Part shown: positions 45,293-56,501 of the stretch, piece by piece
Numbering within the stretch: the first letter of the stretch is position 1
Layout of the letters: every line of letters starts with the position of its first letter
Source of the DNA: Candidatus Eiseniibacteriota bacterium
GTDB lineage: Bacteria; Eisenbacteria; RBG-16-71-46; JABDJR01
DNA: 64,000 nt
Assembly (NCBI GenBank): GCA_963762255.1
Contig: CAVXKA010000002.1
Coordinates: forward strand, 1,216,001-1,280,000
Direction of reading: 5' to 3'
The notes under the pieces: generated by a model
Seen by the model: only the letters and a program-made list of their open reading frames with translations
Told to the model about the DNA's origin: nothing
Databases searched by the model: none
Translations under genes and position numbers: made by a program

Positions 45293-45415
45293 ACGCAATA
45301 TGCATGCCGGTGGCACGTCTTCGCGTAAGTGCATGCCAGCAAGATCGATTGGCGCAGGCAGTTCGAAAGAGTGATGTCCGAATGCCATCAGAATGATGAC
45401 GGAAACGATCAGAAT
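45293..45415 (-). promoter_or_regulatory. sigma54 promoter module, copy 2
   Basis: Minus strand CGGCAT-GCATA-TTGCG at 45293-45309; palindrome CATCA-GAA-TGATG upstream. Confidence 0.65.
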
Positions 45416-45557
45416 AGGCCTAAGCACCCTCTCAAAGAGACGACGCGAGACTCGAAGATCGCGGTCTCTCATGCCGTAGGGAAAGGCGGGAGGGGCGCGA
45501 CCGTCGTCGACCACGTTTACGCGTCCCGCCGATGCGGGCGTGACTGCAGTGCCCCGC

Positions 45558-47117
45558 TCACCTCCAGGGCAAGGGCTCGTTCCCCAGCGCGACCGTGACC
45601 TCATAGGCCAGCCGGGAGATCTTCTCCGCCTTGTCGTAGTCCAGCTTCTCGGGATCATCGGTGGGCTTGTTCACATCCGAGTGATGGCCCGAATAGAAAG
45701 AAACCCCGGGGACGCCCTTGAAGTGGAAGGCCAGGTTGTCGCTGTTGCCTGACTCGTTCTCGTACTTCAAGGGCGAGCGAACGGTGCGTTCGTTGACCTC
45801 CCTGACCAAGCGGGAGAGTTCCGGCGTAATCCTGTCCGAGTCCAGCGCGTAGTGCGCGCGATCTGCCTGGGAAGCCTCGTCGGTGCGCCCGATCATGTCC
45901 ATGTCCACGTCCGCCACGATCTTCTCCAAGGGGACCGGGCAGCGCGAGACGAAGTGCCGCGACCCCGCGATGGCCGCCTCCTCGCCGGTGAAGAGCGCGA
46001 AGATGACCGATCGCCGCAGCGGGTGGGCGGCCACGGCGCGGGCCACTTCCATCACCCCGGCGCAGCCGCTGGCGTCGTCGTCGGCGCCGTTGTAGACCTC
46101 TCCCGGTTTCCGGGGGGTCGTGCTGTCGAGATGGGCACTCACCACGACGTATTCGTCGCGCGCGACCGGATCGGTCCCTCGCACCAGGCCAAGCACGTTC
46201 CAAGCCGACACCGACACGTCAGTGATGGCGACCTGCAGGCTCAGCGTAACTCCGGTTAGTTCGAAGCCCTTTGTGGTCTCATCCCCGACCAACTCCATGC
46301 CGGGTGGTACGCCAAGCTGTCCGGCGAACAGCGCTCTGACGAACGCAGGTTTGGTGACGAAGAGGCCAGCTATGCGGAGCGCCGCGGGAGACGGGTCGGC
46401 GTACTCGTCGGTGGGAGCGCCGGTTTTCGAGCGGAGATCTTCCCAGGCTGCGGTCACATCAGGGTCAGGGAGGACGAGGATGCCCGCCGCGCCCCTGCCC
46501 ACCAGCGCCGTCATCTTGCGGAATACCGCCGAGGGGGATGCGTAGCGCGCCTGGACCTCGACGGGCGGGGCGGCCTGCCCATCGCCTTGCGGAGCGCCCA
46601 TGAGCAGGGCGACAACCTTGCCCCGAACGTCAAGGTTCTGGAGATCGTCCCAGCCCAGTCGGGGCTCGGAGATCCCGTAGCCGATGTAGACCACCGGTAC
46701 CGCCCGGCGCTCCAGCGCCCCCAGATCGCCCTGGAACCACTTCACGTCCTGCCCTTCGGGGAAGACCTGCTCGCCGACGGGCGACTTCACGGTGATCGAG
46801 AGCGGTCCGCTCAGCGTCCGACGGGCCATCGGGACGTCCTGAAAGTACGGCCCCCGGCTCCCGAGGCTGTCCAGAGGGACGACGCCGGCCGCGCGGAACT
46901 GGCTGGCGGCGTACTGGGCCGCCACCTCGAACCCCCGCGAGTCCACCGCCCGGCCCCCCAGATCATCGGAAGCCAGGAAGTACACGTGCCCGCGCAGTGC
47001 GGCGGCGGTGATCATTTCCGCCGGGGCGACGACAGCTTCCGCCGTGCCCGTGACAGTGGCGAGGGCGGGGAAGAGGACTCCAAGAAGTGCAGCCAGGAAA
47101 CGCAGACCACAGCGCAC
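45558..47117 (-). CDS. M28 family aminopeptidase with PA domain
   Basis: Signal peptide; LASDDLGGR, SAHLD, GADDDASG, TGEE, DMDMIGR; PA insert VYIGYGI...DVRGKVV. Confidence 0.9.
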   Translation of the reverse strand: MRCGLRFLAALLGVLFPALATVTGTAEAVVAPAEMITAAALRGHVYFLASDDLGGRAVDSRGFEVAAQYAASQFRAAGVVPLDSLGSRGPYFQDVPMARRTLSGPLSITVKSPVGEQVFPEGQDVKWFQGDLGALERRAVPVVYIGYGISEPRLGWDDLQNLDVRGKVVALLMGAPQGDGQAAPPVEVQARYASPSAVFRKMTALVGRGAAGILVLPDPDVTAAWEDLRSKTGAPTDEYADPSPAALRIAGLFVTKPAFVRALFAGQLGVPPGMELVGDETTKGFELTGVTLSLQVAITDVSVSAWNVLGLVRGTDPVARDEYVVVSAHLDSTTPRKPGEVYNGADDDASGCAGVMEVARAVAAHPLRRSVIFALFTGEEAAIAGSRHFVSRCPVPLEKIVADVDMDMIGRTDEASQADRAHYALDSDRITPELSRLVREVNERTVRSPLKYENESGNSDNLAFHFKGVPGVSFYSGHHSDVNKPTDDPEKLDYDKAEKISRLAYEVTVALGNEPLPWR

Positions 47118-47221
47118 GCAACAACCTCCTCGAGCCGGAACCGGGGGCCGGCGGTCGACCGGGCTGAGGGCGGGGCGGAATCGGACTCGCCTCGGGAGAT
47201 ACGGAGGGCGGTGGCGGGGGG

Positions 47222-47437
47222 TTGCAGCAGAGTGCTGTCGCCGATGTGTTCGCGGGGCTCCCGCCGTTCCGGAAGAAGGAGTTGATCCGGCTCGTGCTTA
47301 CTCGCGCCGAGGTGTCGGCGGACAGCCTGAAGCTCTCGTTCCGAGGGCGGCCCCCAGACCCCGAGATCCTGGCGGGCAAAAGAATAGAGCGCGACGGTTC
47401 ATCGCGCTCTGAGGCCCCAGAGTGGCTCCTCGGGTAG
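47222..47437 (+). pseudogene. C-terminal remnant of a large serine recombinase
   Basis: LPPFRKKELIRLVLTRAEV...RSEAPEWLLG* reads across the att site into the antisense tRNA 3' end; no catalytic N-terminal domain remains. Confidence 0.6.
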
Positions 47438-47497
47438 GACTTGAACCTACAACCCTGCGGTTAACAGCCGCATGCTCTACCATTGAGCTACCGAGGA
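47423..47497 (-). tRNA. tRNA-Asn (GTT)
   Basis: TCCTCGGTAGCTCAATGGTAGAGCATGCGGCT-GTT-AACCGCAGGGTTGTAGGTTCAAGTCCTACCCGAGGAGCCA: cloverleaf, TTC loop and CCA end. Confidence 0.97.
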
Positions 47498-47618
47498 TCA
47501 TTGAGTTGCTGGCGGCCTCGGGACGCGCCCGCAGCCACCAAAGCGGCACAAGAATTTACTGCATCGCCGGGGCGCGGTCAAGCCCGCCGCGTCCGCGCCC
47601 AGCCCCCGACCCAACCCC

Positions 47619-48866
47619 CTACCGCGCCTGGCTCAACCTCGCCAGGCTCCGTCCCCCGCCAGGCAGCGAGTTGTAGGAGTAGATCGAAAGCCCGTCCAGC
47701 CCCGCCGCGCGGCAATCGCGGATCTTGGACTCCGCCGCCGAGAGCGACTGGTTGTACACCGCGATCCCCGGCCAGATGCGATCCGGGGGCACCAGCCGGG
47801 CCAGCTCTTCGGCCTGGCGGCGCACCGTCGACCGCGAGGTCGAGTACATCATCGGCGCGACCACGTCGACCAGCCCATCGTTCACCCAACGCACCCAATC
47901 CTGTCCGACCTCGTTTCGCGCGGACTCCGCGTCCGGCTTCACCGCCGCCGACAGCATCATGTCGGGCTTCATCGACTGCGTGAGGCCGCGCACCGCACCC
48001 ACCAGCGCCGTCACCTGTGCCGCCTTGAAGTCCCGCCACTCGCCTAGAAGCTCCGCGTACCCACCGCGGCCGCGCTCGCGCTTCAATCCCGACGCATTCG
48101 CCCCGAGCTCCATCGGATCGACGCCGGTGCGTCGCTGGAAGCCCGCCCGCATGGCCTCGTTATAGCCAACGTCCATGACCGGATAGCGCGCGTAATCGAG
48201 GTGGATGCCGTCCACCGGATAGCGCTCGACCAATTCCCGCACAACGTCCAGAAAATGCTGCACGACGTCTCGGCGCCCCGGATCCAGATACACGCCCTCC
48301 GTCCATGCGGACTCGAACGCTCGCTTGCTCATCATCGCCATGGAGGTGCCGTTGCGGTCGCACGCCAGCCATTCCGGATGCTCGAGCACCACGTGCCCCT
48401 CCGGCGGTTCCTTGCCGCTCCACACGAGGTACACGTTGAGCCATGCGTGCACGCGGATGTCGTGCTCGCGCGCGAGTTCGAGCACCATGCCCAGCGGATC
48501 GTAGTGACCGAAGCGGCGCCATGAGTCGAGGAGCGGCGGGCCGGGAGGAACGATGTCCGACTCGTAGTACGCGTCGCCGCGCCCACGCACCTGCACGAAG
48601 AGATCGGTGATGCCCGCCTGTGCCGCGTCGTCCACCATGCGGCGGATCTCCTTCGGCGAGAGGAGCGCGTCGCGCACGACCCAGGTCGCGCGCGGCGAGG
48701 CCGGCGGCGCGCCCGTTGGAAAAGCTTGCTCCGCGGCAAGAGCGGTGCCGGGAGCGACCACGGCGACGGCGAGCAGAAGCGCGACCAGCAGGAAGACGGC
48801 CGGGACCGCGCTCACCCGGACGACCCGGGGCGCCAATGCAATGACCGGAAAGGACTTGGGCATCAT
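47619..48866 (-). CDS. GHL10 (DUF187) glycosyl hydrolase-like protein, exported
   Basis: RATWV, QVRGRGDAYY, VHAW, YLDPG, YPVDGIHLDYARYP, QDW..W, PMMY. Start position uncertain. Confidence 0.88.
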   Translation of the reverse strand: MMPKSFPVIALAPRVVRVSAVPAVFLLVALLLAVAVVAPGTALAAEQAFPTGAPPASPRATWVVRDALLSPKEIRRMVDDAAQAGITDLFVQVRGRGDAYYESDIVPPGPPLLDSWRRFGHYDPLGMVLELAREHDIRVHAWLNVYLVWSGKEPPEGHVVLEHPEWLACDRNGTSMAMMSKRAFESAWTEGVYLDPGRRDVVQHFLDVVRELVERYPVDGIHLDYARYPVMDVGYNEAMRAGFQRRTGVDPMELGANASGLKRERGRGGYAELLGEWRDFKAAQVTALVGAVRGLTQSMKPDMMLSAAVKPDAESARNEVGQDWVRWVNDGLVDVVAPMMYSTSRSTVRRQAEELARLVPPDRIWPGIAVYNQSLSAAESKIRDCRAAGLDGLSIYSYNSLPGGGRSLARLSQAR

Positions 48867-48945
48867 CCTCCCGTTATCGGCAGACAGGGTGGGGTGGCTG
48901 AGCGCTCCGGCCAGTCTACCGGGGTGAAGCCCCCACGGCACCTGG

Positions 48946-48978
48946 AAACGAAAAGCGCGCCCCGGTCTGGGGCGCGCT
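48946..48978 (-). terminator. Rho-independent terminator of the ribosomal protein/alpha operon
   Basis: 10-bp stem AGCGCGCCCC/GGGGCGCGCT followed by TTTCGTTT on the minus strand, just after rplQ. Confidence 0.8.
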
Positions 48979-49016
48979 CTCGAGAACGCTTCGCGCGTGG
49001 CGGTCGAGAGATGGGA

Positions 49017-49598
49017 CTACTCCCCTCCCTCGGGCTTCTTCGTCACGCGGGGCTTGGCCATCTTGCCGGGGCCGGTCGGCTTGTTCGCCTTCCCACCCCG
49101 ATGCGGCCTCGCCGGCTTGTCGGCCCGCTCGGCCTTGGCCTTGGCCGTCCTCTCGCCCTTGGCCTTCGCCTTGGCTTCTTTTTCCTCGGCTGCCTGGGCT
49201 GCGGCCGCCTCGCGGATCTTCTTCTCCTCGGCGAGCTGCTCGTCCGACTTCACCAGCTCGAGGAAGGCCATTTCGCCGCCATCGCCGAGACGGTGCCGAG
49301 TCTTGATGACCCGGGTGTAGCCGCCGGGGCGCTCGGCGTACCAGGGCGCAATCGTCGCGAAGAGCTTCTGGGTCACTTCGGGACTCATCACGAACCGGTC
49401 GACATGCCGGCGGGCATGCAGATCGCCCCGCTTGGCGAAGGTGATCAGCCGCTCGGCAAGCCGGCGCGCTTCCTTGGCCTTCGCCTGGGTGGTCTCGATC
49501 CGCTCGTGACGGAAGAGTTCGGTCACCAGATTGCGCATGAGCGCTTTCCGGTGCTCCGCCGTGCGGCTTAGTTCACGTCCTTTTCTCGCGTGCTTCAT
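49017..49598 (-). CDS. rplQ: 50S ribosomal protein L17 with C-terminal extension
   Basis: MKHARKGRELSRTAEHRKAL; RPGGYTR. Confidence 0.97.
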   Translation of the reverse strand: MKHARKGRELSRTAEHRKALMRNLVTELFRHERIETTQAKAKEARRLAERLITFAKRGDLHARRHVDRFVMSPEVTQKLFATIAPWYAERPGGYTRVIKTRHRLGDGGEMAFLELVKSDEQLAEEKKIREAAAAQAAEEKEAKAKAKGERTAKAKAERADKPARPHRGGKANKPTGPGKMAKPRVTKKPEGGE

Positions 49599-49666
49599 CG
49601 CTCGTTCCTCTAAGGCGCGATCGGCGCCTCATGATCCCGCGGCCCGGCCGCCGGAAACGTCTCTGT

Positions 49667-50767
49667 CTATTCCTCGGTGGTGCTCTTGGCCGTGGTCGAT
49701 TCCGGCGCTTCTTCTTCCTCGTCGTCGTCGTCCAGAAGCAGCGCGTCCTCGTCGATCACGGGCTTGCGAGGCGCCTCCAGGTCGGACACCTTGCGTCCGG
49801 GCTTCACGTACTGAGTGACCTCCATGCCGAACTGCAGCCCCATCGAGGTGAGGATGTCGCTGATTTCCTTCAGCGACTTCCGCCCGAAGTTGCGGTACTT
49901 GAGCATGGCCGACTCCGGCTTCTGCACCAGGTCGGCAATGGTCTTGATGTCGGCGGCGCGCAGACAGTTGGCGGAGCGCACCGAGAGCTCCAGCTCTTCC
50001 ACGCTCTTCTCCAGGAGGGAGCGGATGCGGCCCTTCTCCTTGTCTTCCTCTTCCTCGACGTCCACCACGATCGGCTCCTCGAAGGTGACGAAGAGACTGA
50101 AGTGGTCCTTGAGGATCATGGCCGCTACGGCCATCCCGTCTTTGGGAAGGATGCTGCCGTCGGTCCACACCTCCAGGGTGAGCTTGTCGAAGTCGACGCG
50201 CTGCCCCACGCGGGTGTTCTCCACCTCGAAGTTCACCTTCTTGATCGGCGAGTAGTGGGCATCCAGCGGGATCACCCCGATCGGACGCTCCTCTTCCTGC
50301 TGATCGGCGGGGATGTACCCGCGGCCGGCCGAGACCTCCACCTCCATGTCGATCTGCCCCTCCTTGTTGAGGGTGGCGACGTGGAGATCGGGGTTCAGGA
50401 CCTCGATTCCGGGATCGGCCTGCAGATCACCGGCCTTCAGTTCACCCGGGCCCGTCATCTTGAAACGGGCATTGAGCTTGTAGTCGGCGTGCATCTTGAA
50501 GCGGATCTGCTTCAGGTTGAGGATGATCTCGCTCACATCCTCGAGCACACCGGGGATCGTGCTGAACTCATGGAGAACCCCTTCGATCTTGACCGCGGTC
50601 ACCGCGGCACCCTGCAGGCTCGAAAGGAGCGCTCGACGGAGCGCGTTCCCCACCGTCAGGCCGAAACCTCTTTCCAACGGCTCGATCGTGAACTTGCCGT
50701 AGCGGTCCGAGGCACTTCCCTCGTCCAGCTCGATGGATTTCGGCATCTGGAGGTTCTTCCACTTCAT
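49667..50767 (-). CDS. rpoA: RNA polymerase subunit alpha
   Basis: EPLERGFG.TVGNALRR.LLSS; LELSVRSANCL; NFGRKSL. Start at MKWK based on RBS spacing. Confidence 0.97.
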   Translation of the reverse strand: MKWKNLQMPKSIELDEGSASDRYGKFTIEPLERGFGLTVGNALRRALLSSLQGAAVTAVKIEGVLHEFSTIPGVLEDVSEIILNLKQIRFKMHADYKLNARFKMTGPGELKAGDLQADPGIEVLNPDLHVATLNKEGQIDMEVEVSAGRGYIPADQQEEERPIGVIPLDAHYSPIKKVNFEVENTRVGQRVDFDKLTLEVWTDGSILPKDGMAVAAMILKDHFSLFVTFEEPIVVDVEEEEDKEKGRIRSLLEKSVEELELSVRSANCLRAADIKTIADLVQKPESAMLKYRNFGRKSLKEISDILTSMGLQFGMEVTQYVKPGRKVSDLEAPRKPVIDEDALLLDDDDEEEEAPESTTAKSTTEE

Positions 50768-50838
50768 CGCTGTCATGCCTCCTCGGATCATCGACCCGAT
50801 AGCGTCATCAACTATGCCGGCCGGCCGGTCTTAGACCC

Positions 50839-51468
50839 TTACTTCGAATAGAGCTCGACGATCAGGCTCTCCTGGATGGTCGTGGGAATCGCATCCCGCG
50901 AGGGCACCCGGAGAAGCCGGCCCTGGAGCATCTTCGGGTTCGCCTCCAGCCAGTCGGGCGTGTCGCGCCCGCCGCGGCTCTCCACCGAATCCTGGACCGC
51001 CTTGAGGCTCTGGCTGTCCTCTTTGACCGCGATGACATCGCCCGGTCGCACTCGGTAGGAGGGAACATTGACTTTCCGGCCGTTCACGCGAAAATGCCCG
51101 TGAAGCACGAGCTGCCGGGCCGCCGGCCGCGACGCCGCGAAGCTGAGCCGGTAGACCAGGTTGTCGAGCCTCGTCTCCAGGAGCTGGAGCAGGTTCTCGC
51201 CGGTCACGCCGGGCAGCCGAGCCGCTTCCTGGAAGTAGTTGCGGAACTGGCGCTCCATGATCCCGTAGATCCGGCGAGCCTTCTGTTTCTGCCGCAACTG
51301 CAGGCCGTAGTTCGTGACCTTGAGCCGGCGATCCCGCCCGTGCTCGCCGGGCGCGTAGGCGCGCCGTTCGGCCGCGCACTTGGCGGTGTAGCACCGCTCG
51401 CCCTTGAGGAAGAGCTTCTCGCCCTCCCGGCGGCACAAACGGCACACCGCACCACGATATCTCGCCAT
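50839..51468 (-). CDS. rpsD: 30S ribosomal protein S4 (Cys-containing form)
   Basis: [16 protein letters not shown]; [11 protein letters not shown]; IVELYSK. Confidence 0.98.
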   Translation of the reverse strand: MARYRGAVCRLCRREGEKLFLKGERCYTAKCAAERRAYAPGEHGRDRRLKVTNYGLQLRQKQKARRIYGIMERQFRNYFQEAARLPGVTGENLLQLLETRLDNLVYRLSFAASRPAARQLVLHGHFRVNGRKVNVPSYRVRPGDVIAVKEDSQSLKAVQDSVESRGGRDTPDWLEANPKMLQGRLLRVPSRDAIPTTIQESLIVELYSK

Positions 51469-51584
51469 GTGTCTTCTTACCTCCGTCGCCGTTGCGACAG
51501 TTCGCGATCAAGAGATGAGCCCTATAGCGCGTTCACATCAGGCCCAGCCGAAGCCGGTCCTGCGTGACGCCGGGCTCGTACCCG

Positions 51585-51974
51585 CTAGACCCGTCGGCGC
51601 TTGGGCGGACGGCACCCATTGTGAGGAATGGGCGTCACGTCCCGGATGGCCTGGATCTCGAGCCCCGCGGCGGCGAGCGAGCGGATAGCCGCTTCCCGAC
51701 CGGCGCCCGGGCCCTTCACCATGACATCCACCTTCCGCATGCCTTGGGCCAAAACCTGCTTGGCCGCATCCTCGGCGGCCAACTGGGCGGCAAACGGCGT
51801 GCTCTTGCGGCTTCCCTTGAAGCCGACCTTGCCCGCCGTCGCCCACCCCACCACGCCCCCTTCGGGGTCGGTGATGCTGATGATCGTATTGTTGAAAGTC
51901 GCCTGGATATGGGCGACCCCATTGATCGGGACCTTGCGGTCCTTCTTCTTCTTGGTGACTTTGGCGCGTGCCAC
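51585..51974 (-). CDS. rpsK: 30S ribosomal protein S11
   Basis: HIQATFNNT; KSTPFAAQ; [15 protein letters not shown]. Confidence 0.98.
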   Translation of the reverse strand: MARAKVTKKKKDRKVPINGVAHIQATFNNTIISITDPEGGVVGWATAGKVGFKGSRKSTPFAAQLAAEDAAKQVLAQGMRKVDVMVKGPGAGREAAIRSLAAAGLEIQAIRDVTPIPHNGCRPPKRRRV

Positions 51975-52000
51975 GAAACCTCCTTAAACGCCCGACGGCA

Positions 52001-52384
52001 TCAAGTCTTGGTGAGCTTCTTGCGTCCGGAACCCGCCGTCCGGCGCGGACCCTTGCGCGTCCGAGCGTTGGTCTTCGTCCGCTGTCCGCGCACGGGCAGG
52101 CCGCGGCGGTGACGAAGCCCCCGGTAGCACCCGATGTCCATGAGGCGCTTGATGTTCATCTGAACTTCGGTATGGAGCGCCCCCTCGACCCGGTACTTGG
52201 TCTCGATTTCCTGCCGAAGTTTGGCGGTGTCCTCTTCGCTCATTTCCCGCACCCGGACGGCCGGATTGACGCCGGTCGCGCTGAGAATCATGCGCGCCCG
52301 GCTCCGGCCGATGCCGAAGATGTAGGTCAAGGCGATTTCAACCCGCTTGTCGTTCGGCAGATCGACGCCTGCTATGCGTGCCAC
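52001..52384 (-). CDS. rpsM: 30S ribosomal protein S13
   Basis: [10 protein letters not shown]; [18 protein letters not shown]. Confidence 0.98.
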   Translation of the reverse strand: MARIAGVDLPNDKRVEIALTYIFGIGRSRARMILSATGVNPAVRVREMSEEDTAKLRQEIETKYRVEGALHTEVQMNIKRLMDIGCYRGLRHRRGLPVRGQRTKTNARTRKGPRRTAGSGRKKLTKT

Positions 52385-52476
52385 TTAGCTCCTCCTTCCG
52401 CCCGGCCGTGAGGCCTTCAAGGCGGAATGACCGGCTAGTCCTGCCGCCGGTCCGATCATCGGCTCACCGACGGGGA

Positions 52477-52590
52477 TCAACCCTGTCTCTGCTTGTGCCG
52501 CGGGTTCTTACAGATCACCCGCACCACACCCTTGCGCTTCACGAGCTTGCAGTTCTCGCAGATGCGCTTGACACTCGCTTTTACTTTCAT
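52477..52590 (-). CDS. rpmJ: 50S ribosomal protein L36
   Basis: [37 protein letters not shown] (last 37 aa of the track ORF). Confidence 0.97.
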   Translation of the reverse strand: MKVKASVKRICENCKLVKRKGVVRVICKNPRHKQRQG

Positions 52591-53393
52591 CGCTCGGTCC
52601 TCCCCGGGGTCTCGCCGGTCGCCCGGGCCCCCAGAGTTCCCTTCCCGTTCGTCACGCTCAGCACCTTCGGGCCGTCCTCGGTGAGGACCACCGTATGCTC
52701 GAAATGCGCCGCCATCGAGCGGTCGCGCGTGACGATCGTCCATTGGTCGGCCAGGGTTTCCACCTCCCAGCCTCCCATCGTGATCATGGGCTCGATGGCG
52801 CACACCAGACCCGGCTTGAGCTTGAGTCCCGTCCCCGGCTTCCCGTAGTTCGGAACTTGCGGATCCTCGTGCATCTTCTCGCCGATCCCGTGCCCCACCA
52901 GCGCCCGCACCACCCCGTAGCCATGGCGCTCGGCGTGGGATTGCACGGCGTGCCCCACGTCGCCGAGGCGATTCCCGTCGCGGAACGCCTCGATGGCCCG
53001 GTGCAGGCACTCCTCGGTCACCCGAACGAGCTGCCGCACCGATTCGGAAACCTCCCCCACCCCGAAGGTGGAGGCCGCGTCTCCGTGATATCCGTCCCTC
53101 ACCACCCCGACGTCCACCCCGACGATGTCGCCTTCACGGATCACCCGGTCGCCCGGGATCCCGTGCACGACCTCTTCGTTGATCGAGATGCAGGTCGCCG
53201 CGGGGTATCCGTGATACCCCAGAAAGGAAGGCTCTCCGCCGCTGTCTCGAATGAACTCCTCCGCCTTCGCGTCCAGATCCCGGGTCGTGATTCCGGGCCG
53301 GACCAGACCTCGGAGCAGCTCCAACGTCCCCGCCACGATTCCGGCGGAAACGCGGATCTTCTCGACTTCCTCCTTCGACCTCAGCTTCACCAT
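52587..53393 (-). CDS. map: Methionine aminopeptidase type I
   Basis: [13 protein letters not shown]; GHGIG..MHEDP; IEPM; AHFEHT. Confidence 0.97.
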   Translation of the reverse strand: MVKLRSKEEVEKIRVSAGIVAGTLELLRGLVRPGITTRDLDAKAEEFIRDSGGEPSFLGYHGYPAATCISINEEVVHGIPGDRVIREGDIVGVDVGVVRDGYHGDAASTFGVGEVSESVRQLVRVTEECLHRAIEAFRDGNRLGDVGHAVQSHAERHGYGVVRALVGHGIGEKMHEDPQVPNYGKPGTGLKLKPGLVCAIEPMITMGGWEVETLADQWTIVTRDRSMAAHFEHTVVLTEDGPKVLSVTNGKGTLGARATGETPGRTER

Positions 53394-53423
53394 GCCGGTC
53401 CCGGACCCTTCAGGCCGCCCGCG

Positions 53424-54737
<1,314 letters not shown>

Positions 54738-54794
54738 CGATACCCTCTGGCGACCGGCCTTCCCACGAACGGGTCAGCCCGGTCGGCGGCTCGG

Positions 54795-55289
54795 TTACTT
54801 CGTCGCCGGCTTCTCGTTCCGCTTCTTGAACCGCTTGGGGCGGCGGGGCACCACGATCACGTCCACCTTGCCGCCCGCGGCCTCGATCTTCTGCTTGGCC
54901 CCCGCGCTGAACGCGTGGGCGCGTACGGTCACCGCCTCGGTGAGTTCCCCGTTGCCGAGGATCTTGAGCGGCGCCTTCGTGTCGTTGATCAGCCCGCGCA
55001 GCTTGAGCACCATCGCGGTGATCGGTTCGCCGCCCAGTCCGGCGAGATCGCCGACGTTCACGATCTCCACCGGCTTGGCGTGCACGTTGGTGAACCCGCG
55101 CTTGGGCAAGCGGCGCTGCAAAGGCATCTGGCCGCCTTCGAACCAGGGCCTGGTCGTGCTCCCGGTGCGGGCGCCCTGGCCCTTGTGACCGCGCGTGCTG
55201 GTCCCGCCGTGTCCGCTTCCGGTGCCGCGGCCGATGCGCTTGCGGTTCTTGGTTGCGCCCTTGGCGGGCTTAAGAGTTCCGAGCTTCAT
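54795..55289 (-). CDS. rplO: 50S ribosomal protein L15
   Basis: GRGTGSGHG; FEGGQMPLQRRLPKRGF. Confidence 0.98.
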   Translation of the reverse strand: MKLGTLKPAKGATKNRKRIGRGTGSGHGGTSTRGHKGQGARTGSTTRPWFEGGQMPLQRRLPKRGFTNVHAKPVEIVNVGDLAGLGGEPITAMVLKLRGLINDTKAPLKILGNGELTEAVTVRAHAFSAGAKQKIEAAGGKVDVIVVPRRPKRFKKRNEKPATK

Positions 55290-55300
55290 GGTCGTTTTCC

Positions 55301-55486
55301 TCAGTCGATTTCCTGCACGTCCACAAGATGACGGACCTTGTAGATCATGCCGCGGATCTGGGGCGTGTCGTTCTGGATCACAGGGCGGCCCAGCCGCTTG
55401 ATGCCGAGGGCGCGAACGGTCCGCTTTTGCGGCTCCGGTCGGTCGATGGCGCTACGCACCTGAGTGATCTTCAGCTTCTTAGGCAT
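55301..55486 (-). CDS. rpmD: 50S ribosomal protein L30
   Basis: [10 protein letters not shown]; [12 protein letters not shown]. Confidence 0.95.
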   Translation of the reverse strand: MPKKLKITQVRSAIDRPEPQKRTVRALGIKRLGRPVIQNDTPQIRGMIYKVRHLVDVQEID

Positions 55487-56099
55487 TGGCATCCTCCGGC
55501 GACTCCGGGTCCTCGACGGCCACCGCGGTCGGGATGCTCTCCACAGCCGCCGCCGTCACTGCCGGAGCGATCGGGCTCTTCCGCTTCAGTTCCAGGATCT
55601 CGCCCACCGTCTTGCCCCGCTCCTCGGCCACACTGCTGACCGAGCGCAGGCTCGTGAGCGCGTTGAAGGTGGCCTTGACCGCGTTGTGGGGGTTGGTGGA
55701 CCCGAGACACTTGGAGAGCACGTTCTGCACTCCCGCCGCCTCGAGGACCGCGCGCACCGGGCCGCCGGCGATCACGCCGGTACCGGGGCTCGCCGGCTTG
55801 AGGAGAACCCGGCCGGCTCCGAAGTGGCCGATCACCTCGTGCGGGATCGTTCCCTTCACCAGGTTGATCGGCACCATCGCGCGGCGGGCGGCCTCGGTGG
55901 CCTTGCGAATGGCGTCGGCCACTTCGTTGGCCTTGCCGAGACCGATCCCGACCCGGCCCTGCTTGTCGCCTACCGTAACGATGGCGTTGAAGCTGAACCG
56001 GCGACCGCCCTTCACCACCTTCGCGCAGCGGTTGACGGCGACCATGTTTTCGACGAGATCGCTCTCCGGACTCGGATTGCGGTTGGGATTGCGACGCAA
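55479..56099 (-). CDS. rpsE: 30S ribosomal protein S5
   Basis: [11 protein letters not shown]; PGTGVIAGG. Confidence 0.97.
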   Translation of the reverse strand: MRRNPNRNPSPESDLVENMVAVNRCAKVVKGGRRFSFNAIVTVGDKQGRVGIGLGKANEVADAIRKATEAARRAMVPINLVKGTIPHEVIGHFGAGRVLLKPASPGTGVIAGGPVRAVLEAAGVQNVLSKCLGSTNPHNAVKATFNALTSLRSVSSVAEERGKTVGEILELKRKSPIAPAVTAAAVESIPTAVAVEDPESPEDANA

Positions 56100-56109
56100 G
56101 GTCTTCCTC

Positions 56110-56487
56110 CTAGAACTTCAGGCCGCCCTCGCGGGCGCCCTCGGCCAGAGCTTTCACCCGGCCGTGGTAGAGATAGCCGCCGCGATCGAACGCGACGGCC
56201 TGGATACCCATGTCGAGGGCCTTGCGCGCCACCACCTGACCCACCAGCGTGCTGACCGCGGTCTTCTTGGTCTTGCCCTGCTCGATCTTCTCCCGAACCT
56301 CGGGGGTGAGGCTCGACACGGTGAGCAGGGTGAGACCCTGAGCGTCGTCAACGAGCTGGGCGTAGATGTGGCTCAAGCTCCGGTAGACACAGAGCCGGGG
56401 CCGCTCGGCGGTGCCGGACACCTTGTTGCGCACCCGATGGTGCCTCCGGATCCGGGCTTCCCGCCGCTTGATGGCAATCGTGGTCAT
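56110..56487 (-). CDS. rplR: 50S ribosomal protein L18
   Basis: RPRLCVYRS; [12 protein letters not shown]. Confidence 0.98.
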   Translation of the reverse strand: MTTIAIKRREARIRRHHRVRNKVSGTAERPRLCVYRSLSHIYAQLVDDAQGLTLLTVSSLTPEVREKIEQGKTKKTAVSTLVGQVVARKALDMGIQAVAFDRGGYLYHGRVKALAEGAREGGLKF

Positions 56488-56501
56488 GCTCTTAACCTCG
56501 C

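Larger units (their letters stand above)
43353..47434. mobile_element. Degenerate integrative island in tRNA-Asn (serine-integrase type)
   Basis: 11-bp direct repeat GGCTCCTCGGG at 43353-43363 and 47424-47434 (tRNA 3' end); inner flanks form an inverted repeat; an integrase-like C-terminal fragment abuts the tRNA. Confidence 0.75.

Noticed and set aside
44049-47398. Repeat pairs (this one and 5066/10984) as diversity-generating retroelement TR/VR
   Set aside because: Mismatches are not adenine-specific and no reverse transcriptase gene is in the window.
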